47,348 nt of DNA from Catajapyx aquilonaris (taxonomy: Eukaryota): NCBI GenBank assembly GCA_000934665.2, contig KZ538955.1, positions 1 to 47,348 of the forward strand. The letters run 5' to 3'. The position numbers were made by a program, and so were the translations under genes. The notes under the pieces are model-generated. The model was not told where the DNA came from. It did not search any database and was given only the letters and a program-made list of their open reading frames with translations. Of the stretch, positions 1 through 10,524 are shown in pieces. How positions within the stretch are numbered: position 1 is the stretch's first letter; the number at the start of each line of letters is the position of its first letter.

Positions 1-361
1 TCGCAGAAGTTGGTATTGGCCAGCTCGCCCCATGTATAAACATAGGCTCAACACCCCACCCCCTGCCCTCCGTTTCCAAGCGCAAGAACTACCTTAATGC
101 AGGGTAGTGTTCCCATCATTTTAAATGCTTGCATGGACATCTGGGATGCACAAAGTGGGTTCTTAATCGGAAGTACTTTGCAGTTCAGAGATGGACTGGA
201 CGTTTGAGTTTGGCATAATGTTAGTAGCTAATACCTTTGATAACCATTAAAAGTAACAATGCAAAAGTAACTTCTACAAATAAACAGCTTGGTACTAACA
301 AATAGCCATATTAGCCAGCCATGTATTTTGGATCAATCTGTATATAAGTTTGAAAGTAACT

Positions 362-524
362 ATAAAAAACCTCTACATAAACCTCTTCAAGGGACCGCCC
401 AAAAGTTGTGTATTAAGCATTATATGCTGGAAAATTTACCTTATGGAAATGATCAAGGGACCGGAAAAAAGGGGCGTTAAAAGCGGCAAAGTGTTGTGCA
501 GGAGTGTTATATCGAGGTTTTACT
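362..524. mobile_element. Degenerate short pogo/Tigger-type MITE in BTBD9 intron
   Basis: Right end GTTATATCGAGGTTTTACTA is an imperfect inverted copy of left AAAAAACCTCTACATAA. Internal repeated CAAGGGACCG. Confidence 0.45.
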
Positions 525-648
525 AATCCTAGGCAACACAGTGTGGAAAAAAATTGCTAACTCATATGACACTTAACTGGATCCCCACTTCATGTAGTTC
601 TCTAATAATAGTAATAATAACAACAACATAGCAAAAATAACAACAAAC

Positions 649-775
649 CTTGAGGGAAAATAGAGTCATGCGTCCAGTGTAGATATACTGAAGCAGCACC
701 TTGAATGCAACCACTGATGCTTTAAGGACAACTTCCCTTTGTGAAGATTCTTTCATGCCACCAAAAAGCAAGGCC
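649..775 (-). CDS. BTBD9: BTBD9 second coding exon
   Basis: Acceptor TCCAG|G, encodes (R)ALLFGGMKES...FKVLLQYIYTG, donor AAG|GTTTG. Confidence 0.9.
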
Positions 776-1020
776 CTGGAAATATTAAGTATTATTATGA
801 TTCCTCCTACATCTTGTTATTTTGCTTGACCTCACCTGAAATATTCACTGCGGGCAGCTAGGACGACCTTGTGGGCTGGAATTGCCACTCCTTCCACAAG
901 CAGAGTGACATCACTATAATCACTATTCAAATAAAGTTCTCCTACATGATCTGAGAGAAAGGTGATGTGATCAACATCCCCACCGGGAGACTTCCCTCCC
1001 AAATGGTGATTGCTGCTCAT
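649..1020 (-). CDS. BTBD9: BTB/POZ domain-containing protein 9, 5' part (gene continues beyond window start); coding exons 1020-836 and 775-649
   Basis: Spliced translation MSSNHHL...GDVDHITFLSDHVGELYLNSDYSDVTLLVEGVAIPAHKVVLAARSEYFR/ALLFGGMKESSQREVVLKASVVAFKVLLQYIYTGRMTLFSLK matches the BTBD9 N-terminal BTB domain. The 60-nt GT-AG intron 835-776 keeps frame, and a donor follows at 648. Confidence 0.92.
836..1020 (-). CDS. BTBD9: BTBD9 first recognisable coding exon (exon probably starts at 1075 after TTTGCAG acceptor)
   Basis: ATG at 1020, donor AG|GTGAG at 836/835, BTB motif SDVTL..PAHKVVLAARSEYFR. Confidence 0.9.
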
Positions 1021-1977
1021 ATCTTCTGCCGTTGTACCAATATGAATTTCTTCGAATTCTGCTACCACGGATGGGCTGCAAAGATGACCAAGGTGTTACA
1101 CTTTCACCTAATTGCGTTTCTTGAAGCAACCAAATAGTAGGGGAGGAATGGAAATTCCTCCCCTACTATTTGATGCCCAGAAAAGATTACTGACCCCAGT
1201 CACACCCTGTGATGGTTGTTCAGTGAGTTCAACATTGAAAAACTTGTCAATAAGGGACCGTAGTCCTTAAAGTACATCATACTGGTAGGGAATAGGGAGA
1301 GTTCAGCCAAGACTGAAGTCATGCTCAATATTCTTCAAAAAAACCAAGGGTACCCAAAAATTCAGTCACAATTTCAATGCCATATCAATTTTGTAGGGAA
1401 AAAATCCAAGCAAAGGGTGGGGGGTCCACATAGTAGTGTGATATTATTTTTTGAGAGGGATTTGGTTCAGTGCAGTTTATTGATGACTCCTAAAGCATGA
1501 TCTAGGGCCATGGTTTTCAACCCATGCTCATGAAACCTCAAGGTTCCATGGGGCAGTCTGAATATGTTTGGAGTAATGGCTGATTTATTAGTCTGGTAGA
1601 GCAAAGTATGGTACCTTTCTGTAGTGGTGTTTAAAAAAAAAAGGGCACATGGTTTTATTGTAGGGGTTCCAGCAAAGCTTTGTTGGGAGGAAAGGATTCC
1701 CTGACAATAAAAAAGTTGCAGACTTCTGATGTAAGAAATGAAATACACACTCACAACTTGACACTGACCCTCTTCTAGTATTGGATCCTACTTGTTTGCT
1801 AAAGGCAGCATTGCCAACTCAAGATTGTTGAGCATCTGATTTCATGACAACAAGATTGAATTCTGGTGACACCTGGTGTAGGATACATTATCTGTTTGCA
1901 TCGATGGCTATAGCGGCTATCCATCATTTACATTTCTTTTTTCGTCAGTAGTGGATTATCTAAATCATTGCGATATA

Positions 1978-2577
1978 CAGTAGAACTTCTATAAGTCGAA
2001 CTTCCCTAAGTCGAAGTTCTCTATAAGTCGAAGAAAATGATGAGCTTGGTTGGTCACAATGTAAAAGAATAGGAAATAAACTTCCCTAACTCGAATTTCT
2101 ATAACTCGAAGTTCTCCATAACTCGAAGTGTAGGCAGGGCCTTACGACGGGATATCAATGCATTTTCGGTCTCCCTAAGTCGAAGTTCATGTGGGTGAGT
2201 ACAGAAAATTTTCTCATTTCCCAGCCGAAGGGTCGAGAGTAGGCCACATGCACAGAAAGGCTCATTTCCTGATTTCCGTCTACCAGACATACCGAAAGAA
2301 GTGTTTGACTCGATTGTGACAATTGAATCCTTGAATCTAAGAGTAGGGGAATGTCCATAATGGAGATATCTCTTGCAACAAAATAGTGAGGAACATTGTA
2401 AGTGTGATAGTGACAGTTATTTTAAAGTTTTGAACACTTTTCGTCACTGGATATAAAGGTAGGCTTCCTTATAGAGTTATGTGCTTCAAAAATTCCAAAC
2501 TTCTCTAACTCGAATCTTCTATAACTTGGAAGTGTTTTTCCGGTCCCATGGAGATTCGACTTATAGAAGTTTTACTG
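1978..2577. mobile_element. 600-bp MITE, Tc1/mariner-pogo type
   Basis: TA|CAGTAGAACTTCTATAAGTCGAA ... TTCGACTTATAGAAGTTTTACTG|TA terminal inverted repeats with TA duplication. Many internal copies of the CTATAA(G/C)TCGAA motif. Confidence 0.85.
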
Positions 2578-2679
2578 TAATACTTTAAGGCTTGTCAGCA
2601 ATTTGGACGATGTATTATATGTAATAAGGGAAGTCTTCCCTAATGTACCCGTCTAGGTGTAGGTGAGTGGGAATAAACA

Positions 2680-2745
<66 letters not shown>

Positions 2746-2770
2746 ATTATTATTATTATACTGTTGCTGC

Positions 2771-2816
<46 letters not shown>

Positions 2817-2826
2817 CTGTTGCTGC

Positions 2827-2866
<40 letters not shown>

Positions 2867-2876
2867 CTGTTGCTGC

Positions 2877-2931
<55 letters not shown>

Positions 2932-2978
2932 GGTTTTGCTACTACTACTACTACTATTATTATTATTATTGGTTTTGC
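2680..2978. repeat. Compound microsatellite (GAT)n/(TAT)n with higher-order units
   Basis: (ATG)n then (TAT)n, interrupted three times by ACTGTTGCTGC and twice by TGGTTTTGC. Confidence 0.97.
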
Positions 2979-4574
2979 ACGGACTTTGATCCATCAGTAC
3001 CTAACTCAAGCTGCTGTGATATCACTCATATGCTCACTTTTTAAATTTCGAATAATTAAATCAACCTCGATAATCGGCCCCGAGTTGGTGCAATATGCAG
3101 AGGAAGATTGTCTTGACAACATATTAAAATTTGCAACATTTTAATGTGGTTGTTTAACTGATGTAGTAACAAAAACTGCACTAACGGTGAGAAGCAATGA
3201 CAAAAGTGTAGGGTTGTAAGTCCTCGTGTAGCAAATTCCCCACTCAACCTCTCGGATGGAGATGTACGGCATGAGAGGGAGCTTGACTGGAGCTTTCATT
3301 TGGTATCCAACTATCCATTGCATATTTTTAGTCCCAATAGGCGCCTCACAGTGACGGCGCAAAAAGAGCCACAATCGCCATAAGGCGCCATGCTAATTCG
3401 TATTCTCGCCTCCCTTTTGCCCTAAGTCACGTGGTCCCCCCCTCGGAGATGTTGGGCCCACTTTTGAGAGGGAGAGGGAGCGTCTACTGGTATATATGGT
3501 CTAAGGGTAAACATAGGGACTGGGGAGGTGGGGAATGGGGATGAAAAGTTGGAAAAACCCACCTAATCGCCACAGTCTCTTCTTGGTTCCCCTTTACCAA
3601 CAGCATTCATCCTTGTTGACATTAATCAGATGATAAACCACCTGGATTGTCCATACCATACCCTATTCAGCAACCAAATAGTGAGCCATTTGCAGAACAC
3701 ATTCAGGTTCAAGAGTGTAAATGACTAGATGAGCTCCCAAAAACATTTCTGGCTGGCTGGTTGGTCGAATAGGAGAGCTAAATCAACTAAGGCTATCTGG
3801 CATGAGGTAAAGGAGAGGGGAAGAGAGATATTTGGAATGTGGGGGGAAACAGGAGAACCCTGAGAAACAAACATGGAGAGTACCACTCAAAACTCTTTCC
3901 ACAATAGAAAGTGTCCTCTGCCTGATCTGCGGATTGAACACAGTGACCTCGGAGGTGGAAGGCCTTGATGTTAGCCACTAACCACAGTGCAACCCCATTT
4001 CTAGCTGAAAAAGAGCCATATATGTTTCTTATTCGTCGTTGAAAACATTGTTGTCAGCAATCAATTTTAAAAATTTCTTGCTCTTTTCCAGCCTGAAAGT
4101 TTATCTTGGAGTGGTGTAATGGCGTTAGTCATTTAAAGAGAATGCATAAACTTAAGGCAAACTAGTGAAATTTTACAACCATATAATTACAAGTGAATTT
4201 TAACTAATTTTGAAATCTCATATGCCTGGTGCAGCCAAATCTGGTTTAAGCCATGGCCTTTTGGACTGGACTTGTGCAGCCTGGCAGCACTAAAAATACT
4301 CAAAGAGAGGTGGTAAAACAATGGGTACACACCAATTACAGATACACCAGTAATTTGTTTTCTAATAAGCAGATAGTATGCAGTTACTCGTAAAAGTTGG
4401 AGGCAAAAACTGAACGTCAATGATAGAATGCAATTTATGAAGGGCAGACACCCCCCCCCCCCCTCCTCCCTCCCAATCCCCAGAAGAAGTTATACAAGGA
4501 TGGAGCCACCTAATATTATAAATTTTAAAGTAATGTCAATACGTGCCAATTACAGCAAGTCATTATATAATCAT

Positions 4575-4900
4575 ACGTATTCTGAAAATCTGGTTGGCAT
4601 CTTACAAGTGCCAAGTTTGACCTAGTCATGCGAGGGCACAGCTCCTTGTTCTGATCAAGCATCACAAAATTGACAATTCAATTTGCTGGTAACACTACAA
4701 ACTACACAGTGAAAACAGATCCCTTGATCCAGACTTCTCAGACCAAGACCCAGGGCATGTCTTGACATCATCACTACCAAATTCATCTCCTCCTCCACCT
4801 CCTCACCTGTATATCATGCAATCCGACGAAGTGAATCTGCAATCGCCCCTCCGAGCACACACCCAACTCCCACCCTCAGGTATCCACAACGAAGCCAGTC
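4575..4900 (+). mobile_element. Decayed Gypsy-type LTR retrotransposon integrase C-terminal fragment
   Basis: Across frameshifts reads SYVF..PSLT*SCEG..LVLIKHHK..LTIQFAGNTTNYTVKTDPL, followed by a Pro/Ser/Thr tract and TLRYPQRS. This resembles the HVF..PSLxPPYEGP..VL..FTI..G..TVSIDRLKP (GPY/F) region. Confidence 0.45.
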
Positions 4901-6235
4901 AGTATCACGGTCTACATGTACTTATATACACATGAACTGCAGTCCATCGTGGTACAACCAGAGAGAAGCCGAGATGAGTCGTAAAAGCTCGTCACACAAA
5001 TGGCTCAACCAGATAGGCCTGACTAGTAAACTATTCCACTTGTATTCTTTTGCTCCTGGCCTGGAAGTCTGCTAAAGGCAAGTCGCCATTGGCAAGGTTG
5101 CCGAGTTTCGGACGGAAAGGACGACCTACATGAGAAAAATCAACGATTTCCATATAGAGGATAGAGCATGACAGTAGAGGAACTAGTGGCAGCCATCTTT
5201 GATGCAGTCAATGTCACTCGGGTTGTGGCGGTTGCTTGAAAATTTCTGGGCAGTGATCCAAATCAGCCTATTGGAGGCGGCTATTTCTGACAGCAGCCAC
5301 TAGGGTTGATTGATTTGATGCACGATTTGATGCATGTCGTCAGGTAGGATGCCGGGTTACGTGCGTCAAGAAGTGATCATAATTATACAGGTTTCCTGTC
5401 CTGACGGCTGATGGGTTCACAAATTAAGGTGCATCTGTTTATAATAATTTTATTGGTGTATTTCAGGGCCTGTATTTTCTGTATCTTGAGCTACAAAAAT
5501 GCACCAAAATATGGTAAACAGGTGCACTTAGTTTTTTCCGAATCTTTACCTTGGAAGGCTCATGGCCTTTTTAACATCGACATCATTATTTTCCCTGATG
5601 TACTTGTGCAAATTATCTATATCAGCTATAAGTTTTTAACAGCAGGCCCTATATGCATAATCATGTCGTTCGTCAGGATCTCAAGAAGTATACCTCATGT
5701 TTGATCTGCTTGCAGGTGATGGGTCGCATCTTGCGAACATTTTACATGTCACATTAATATGGACCGGTAAAAAACCCAGTCATTTAATCAGTTGCATTTT
5801 GGTATAATAAAATGGAGTAGAGGAAGGCATTTCATGATGTGCCTTAATAGAGGTTACATATTTTGAAAGAAAAACATTACAGGGAAGATTAAGAACCACA
5901 TTTCATTAATCCAATAAAACAATAATGTTGCTAAAAATATAGCGATAGGCCTACTGATTGATTTCAAATTTGTGAACATATCATGTGTGATATGCAGTGC
6001 ATTTGCTAAACTCCATAAAAAGTTAACTAAAGTTACAATCCTTATCAATGTCTACACTCCATGGCTATCAACAATGTAGAGAACAATAGGTTATTAAGAT
6101 TTGATATGATTTAAAAAAAATGATCACTTAATATATTAAATCTGTATTTACCAGATGATTACAAAGATTCTGCAGCAGTATTCTGCCAGTAATAAACCTT
6201 ACTTCCTAAATTACTTGACAGAAGAACCTTTGAAT

Positions 6236-6357
6236 CTAACCCACTCGTTGGTGCTGCTGACAGGATAAGGGCTGCTTTCTGTCCTTGAAGTAATCAGGTG
6301 ATAAATGCATCACAAGTTCAAAAAACTTCATGTTTCGTGGTATATCCTCCTCAGGAC
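6236..6357 (-). CDS. GATAD1: GATAD1-like terminal exon (stop TAG at 6238-6236; alternative frame stops at 6211)
   Basis: TTTTCACAG|GT CCT GAG GAG GAT encodes GPEEDIPRNMKFFELVMHLSPDYFK. Confidence 0.85.
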
Positions 6358-7205
6358 CTGTGAAAATAGTACAGATGCTGTATAGTTTACAAAATACAAG
6401 ATTGGGTACTTATTATGAAGAAACTAGTTTTTATTAACAGTAAGACACTTACCTAATATGTATGTTGAAGGGTCAAACCTTCGATCCTTAGGACTGTCCT
6501 GAGTAGGCAACAGCCATGTAATGACTGTACATTTCACCCCATTTCGGTCCTGCATGAAGCCCCTCAGTTGAGCATAAAAAGTACATCCACCCACATCCGT
6601 GACAGACACGACGTCCCCAGCCTCATAGTACGTTCCCTGAAAACAATGAGGCTTTAATATCTTGAGATACACAATTATTAGCCAGTGACACAGGGTGTGC
6701 ACTGTGCAGGTTCTGAATACTAACATGATACAGCATGAATTCAGATGTCACTACATCTGCCGTGACTGGAGGAACCGTGGCTGACTGGAAAAAATAGAGA
6801 AAGACTCAACAAAATTTTCTTGCATGTAAAAATAACCATTGAATAATTTGCACACTCACATCAGCCTCGTGTTTAATCAGAGAACGCCACCCTCTTCCAC
6901 TGGCCTTCCTCCCACCACCTTTGGCACGTTCTCCACCCTTCCCCTTCCTTGGTCCACTTCGTCCTCTACCTCCATCAGAAGCAGCCTTACTAGTAGTAGG
7001 GGTAACTCCTTGCTGCTTCCCCACTGCACCCATCTCACAGTCTGACTCCTTCTCATCATCCTTTTCCTCCTCTTCCGAAGAGGGGCAAGTCCTGCAGCGG
7101 ATCTCTCCCAACTCCGTAACCCTCCAGAACAATGCATCCAGAACATGGCATCTTCCACACTCTGGCTTGAAATCCATCCAATTGCCTTTGGATGGTGGGG
7201 TCTGC

Positions 7206-7290
<85 letters not shown>

Positions 7291-7718
7291 TCCTAGATCT
7301 GTCCGACTTGGGAGGCCCTACCAGGAGACGAAACTATCGCCGGCATAGCTATTGGCGTCACGGGAGAAACGCAAACGCCGCCACCACAAGGTGGAGATAC
7401 GTCGGGGGGGATGTATGTATCATTGTGGGTGATTTTCCCTAATTTGATTTTAATCAAATAATGGCGACACGATGTGGCAACCCCGCCATTATCCAATGTG
7501 GCAACACTGCATTAGGCGATATGCACTCCTCACAGTACCGGTATTGCTATGCAGTGTGATGCAAGCCAGACCCCGACTGTGTCCAACTGACTAAGTCATG
7601 CGTTGCACCGACCAAGTGTACGTCCCAGTGGTCCTTTACTCACCTCCATAGGTAACTCGTCTGATGATGAGGAAGGAGAGAGAGTCACTTTTTTAACGTT
7701 CGCCACTAAGTCCTCCAT
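6236..7718 (-). CDS. GATAD1: GATA zinc finger domain-containing protein 1-like; exons 7718-7644, 7201-6860, 6784-6725, 6636-6453, 6357-6236 (783 nt, 260 aa)
   Basis: Contains a C-x2-C-x17-C-x2-C finger (CGRC...FWR...GEIRCRTC) and a basic Gly/Lys/Arg linker. The C-terminal domain GTYYEAGDVVSVTD..FYAQLRGFMQD..ITWLLPT..FDPSTYILGPEEDIPR is typical of GATAD1. All introns are GT-AG with compatible phases. Confidence 0.9.
6453..6636 (-). CDS. GATAD1: GATAD1-like exon 4
   Basis: TTTTCAG|GGA ACG TAC TAT acceptor, G|GTAAGT donor, conserved YAQLRGF and TWLLPT motifs. Confidence 0.9.
6725..6784 (-). CDS. GATAD1: GATAD1-like exon 3 (SATVPPVTADVVTSEFMLYH)
   Basis: TTTTTTCCAG| acceptor, CAT|GTTAGT donor, 60 nt phase 0-0. 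Corresponds to the PIKAP..STIITAESIFYK segment of GATAD1. Confidence 0.8.
6860..7201 (-). CDS. GATAD1: GATAD1-like exon 2 (GATA-type zinc finger and basic linker)
   Basis: Acceptor (TTA)nTTGCAG|, donor GAT|GTGAGT, zinc finger. Confidence 0.88.
7206..7289. repeat. (AAT)28 microsatellite abutting GATAD1 intron-1 acceptor
   Basis: Perfect trinucleotide run. Confidence 0.98.
7206..7410 (-). mobile_element. Short RTE-clade LINE 5'-UTR-derived element with (TTA)n tail
   Basis: Minus strand reads CCACCTTGTGGTGGCGGCGTTTGCGT...AGCTATGCCGGC...GGTAGGGCCTCCCAAGTCGGACAGATC. This resembles the recalled RTE/BovB 5' block (GCCTTGTCGTGG..GGGCTTGCGT..AGCTATGCC..AGGGCCACCCAAGACGGAC), and it is followed directly by (TTA)n. 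Confidence 0.65.
7644..7718 (-). CDS. GATAD1: GATAD1-like exon 1 (MEDLVANVKKVTLSPSSSSDELPME)
   Basis: ATG in CCAAGATGG context and strong phase-0 donor GAG|GTGAGT matching the phase-0 acceptor at 7201. No homology support, so the start could instead be the Met of MDFKPEC in exon 2. Confidence 0.65.
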
Positions 7719-7780
7719 CTTGGTCTGTGGGGAGATGGGGAAGGGGGAGGGGCCTCAAGGGAGGGGGACCAATCAGAAGA
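7712..7780 (-). promoter_or_regulatory. Putative GATAD1 proximal promoter region
   Basis: CCAAT box (GACCAATCAG, ~7767-7776), G-rich tracts, and YY1-like CAAGATGG overlapping the putative start codon. Confidence 0.35.
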
Positions 7781-8200
7781 CACGAGCTCTAACATGGCTC
7801 CACTCTGATGAAGCCTAGTCCCCACAAAATGCCAGATGAAGAGGAGTTGTGGGGAACCCTTCACAAATCAGAAATCTGCGCAAGTCCCACAAATCCCTCA
7901 CGAATCACTTACAAATCACACAAATTCGGATGACACGGCCATATATCCAAAATCCGGGTATGAATTATTACATTTTCAGATTTTTACCCGGACGTGGAAT
8001 GCGGGTAGGCGACTATAGGCGTTGACCCAATTGCGCATCTTTTGCGGAATTCAAGGAAAGACCAGGTTGAAGACATAATCTGTGGTCTATTCTCTATTGG
8101 CACACAAAGAGAGTGCTCAACTAGCATTCTGCTAGTTTCATTATATATACAACATTTATGTTCTAATGGAGCATAAAATTATTATATGCCTACAGTAAGA

Positions 8201-8461
8201 TGTGCGGCACTGTGGTGTAGTAGTTAACGCCAGTCTTCCACCTCTAAGGTCCCCGAGTTCGATCCCCGGATCGGACAGAGGATGCTTATGTGATGGACAG
8301 AGTTTCGATGGGTTCTCATCTCCGTGTTCGCGTGGGTTTTCTCGGGGGTTTCCCGTTTCCTTCCACTATCAAAATCCACCACAGCAAAGGCAATGATTAA
8401 AGTCGGTCAATTAAAAGACGATCCCATAAAAAAAGCCAAAGGAGGCTTATTATCATTATTA
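8201..8461 (+). mobile_element. tRNA-derived SINE with V-domain-like core
   Basis: A box TGGTGTAGTAG (8213) and B box GAGTTCGATCCC (8255). Core CCGTGTTCGCGTGGGTTTTCTCGGGGGTTTCCCGTTTCCTTCCAC, then an (ATT)n-like tail. 10-bp TSD TACAGTAAGA at 8191-8200 and 8462-8471. Confidence 0.9.
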
Positions 8462-9380
8462 TACAGTAAGACACGTATGCAACTTTTCAGAGGAATAATG
8501 TATTGTTCTTAACCTTTAAATGCCAAAACGCGAATTTCATGTTGGGACTAATAGGGTTGTAACAGCCGGAAAAAAACAGATTTTTTTCGGGTTTTTACGG
8601 GTTTTTTTTTTCGAAGACCCAGAATATTCTATGCAAAATGTGCGCATTTGATTTACGTTCCAAATATTTTACAGTCATAGAAAATAATGAGATGAAATCT
8701 GTCACATAAAATATTTCATTTTCTGCGATGTAAGCTATATGCCAACTTGTACAAAAATGGACAAACCAATCATTAATATTCTGGACATCACTATCACTAC
8801 TGCTTGTGCCACCATTTTCTTTACTAGAATCAGCTTCCACCGCCGTAGGAGTGCTGCATGGTTTTTTAAATGAGTTTTAAAATGACTTCGACCATCAAAC
8901 CCAATTTTTTCATGTAATATTTAATATGGACTTTGACTACCAGTTGTACGTACAATACTATAATATATATTATCCGACGCATGAATTTTTCTGGTATTCC
9001 CAAAGAGTCTGTTGGGTAATTTGCCAGTTGTAATTATCTTGCATTTGCTGCCTTTTTTCAGCATTTTCCTCTAAAGCAAATACCTGGTAAATGCCAATAA
9101 ACTGGATATATATATATAATGTTTTCGACGACGAAATTTTGAGCATTTTGATGAAAGGAAACCAAGCAGCAAGCAAACCAGTTGAAATAGCCAACCGGTT
9201 TTTGGTGATGAAAGTCACAATATGATTTGGCATGAAAACACTGACACCTGTGCATTGCTGTGCATATCAGCTACTACTTCCTCTCTGGGGATAGTCTAAT
9301 CGTCATTGTCCAACAATATTATATAGTAAACAATCATCAACAACATCGGAGCTATAGTGCAAGCGGACCTGGGGTTCTAT

Positions 9381-9940
9381 AGGGCGCATTGTAGGTAGCA
9401 CCTGAGCCCAGCTGCCAGTCACATTATTTGTGCGGTTGAAGGTGAATGTTCTACACTATAGGTAAGGTATATTGATTATAATGTTGGTCACTTAAGGTCA
9501 TGCAGGAGATAGATTTTGATATAAAATAATGCAGCCAATCTCTATTTCTACTTGGAATTTTACAGTGCAGCATTTAGGTGGACAAAGCTCAAGCACCTCA
9601 ATATCAGCAGCACATAATTATGTGGTGAACATATGAAAAACATGCCCCATACTCATCGCTTTCAAGACATATTAACTGTGCCCTAATTTGGAGCGTGCTG
9701 CATTCCTTTTTCTGTTGTATAACTTATATGTGAATAATATTCATAAGCCGCATAAGCTTACAAGGGGGAAATTACTTGGTGCTTTAATGTGAGGAGGACT
9801 TCCTAACAACCGGGCCTACCATGGACCTACCTGGATCTACACACACCTACTTGGACTTACCCGGACTTTACCTGAACCTACCTCGGACATCTTCTGAACC
9901 TCTGTCGAGGTGTACGAAGGACCTACAGTGATTTCCCCCT
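9381..9940. mobile_element. Possible degenerate TIR element with subterminal ~10-bp tandem repeats (GGACCTACCT-like, ~9822-9890)
   Basis: Left AGGG..CATTGTAGGT and right ACCTACAGTG..CCCCT are imperfect inverted ends. Tandem degenerate decamers lie near the right end. Confidence 0.35.
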
Positions 9941-10524
9941 CGTTTGCTTATTCCTTGCTATAGATGATGTCTGCTGATTTTGTAATTTGAATTGTGGTAC
10001 TGAAATTAATATATTAATGAGACCATTGACTAAATAATAAAGAGAAATACAGTAGTTGTTTTCACCCACATTATTTTACAGCAAAAATGTTTTCCAAGCA
10101 AAAACCAAAGCAAACAGCCAGGTGCATCAGCAGTCTAGAAAAAGGTAGCAGTGATGAAGTTAGGTTGCACACGCTAGTGAAGCTATTAACTCAATATTCT
10201 ATATTATATGGTTGTTGTTTTAATTGTTCGTAACAATTAACCAACAAATTAGTAGTTCAGGAAGGCCACATGCTGCAGACTGGATGGCCTGTAAGGCAGT
10301 GTGACAGCCCATAATGGACATCGTGAATTTTCCTTATTTTAAGTGGGGCATCAATATCAACCAGGCATGTATGATGATTGATGAGGGCACCTGCGCCTGT
10401 GTGATTGTCGGGCCCTTGCCGTAATTCCTGATGTGAACTGGATTTTCCACCAAGACTCTGCCCAGGGACACGAAGCAAAAAACAAAACAAAAAATACAGG
10501 TTGTGTCGGGGACACAAGCGGCAG

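Noticed and set aside
3000..3021. miR-2-like sequence TATCACAGCAGCTTGAG on the minus strand
   Set aside because: No complementary arm upstream, so no precursor hairpin.
2667..3144. ORFs of 125-154 aa with poly-D/M/I/L/Y
   Set aside because: These are translations of a microsatellite.
4737..4774. Box C/D- or SECIS-like motif (GTGATGA..stem..CTGA) and TGA-interrupted frame on the minus strand
   Set aside because: Too short for a snoRNA, no apical AA for a SECIS and no selenoprotein similarity. The region is better explained as a retroelement relic.
6921..7442. 173-aa plus-strand ORF with poly-N
   Set aside because: Antisense shadow of GATAD1 exon 2 plus the (AAT)n repeat.
7805..7850. CTGATGA hammerhead-like core
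   Set aside because: No stem II or GAAA partner.
8203..8275. Possible tRNA gene
   Set aside because: A and B boxes are present, but there is no proper cloverleaf. It continues into a SINE body and tail with a TSD.
8545..9260. Possible hAT element relic (TAGGGTTG start, weak transposase-like peptides)
   Set aside because: No matching right terminus or 8-bp TSD found, and the peptide similarity is too weak to support.
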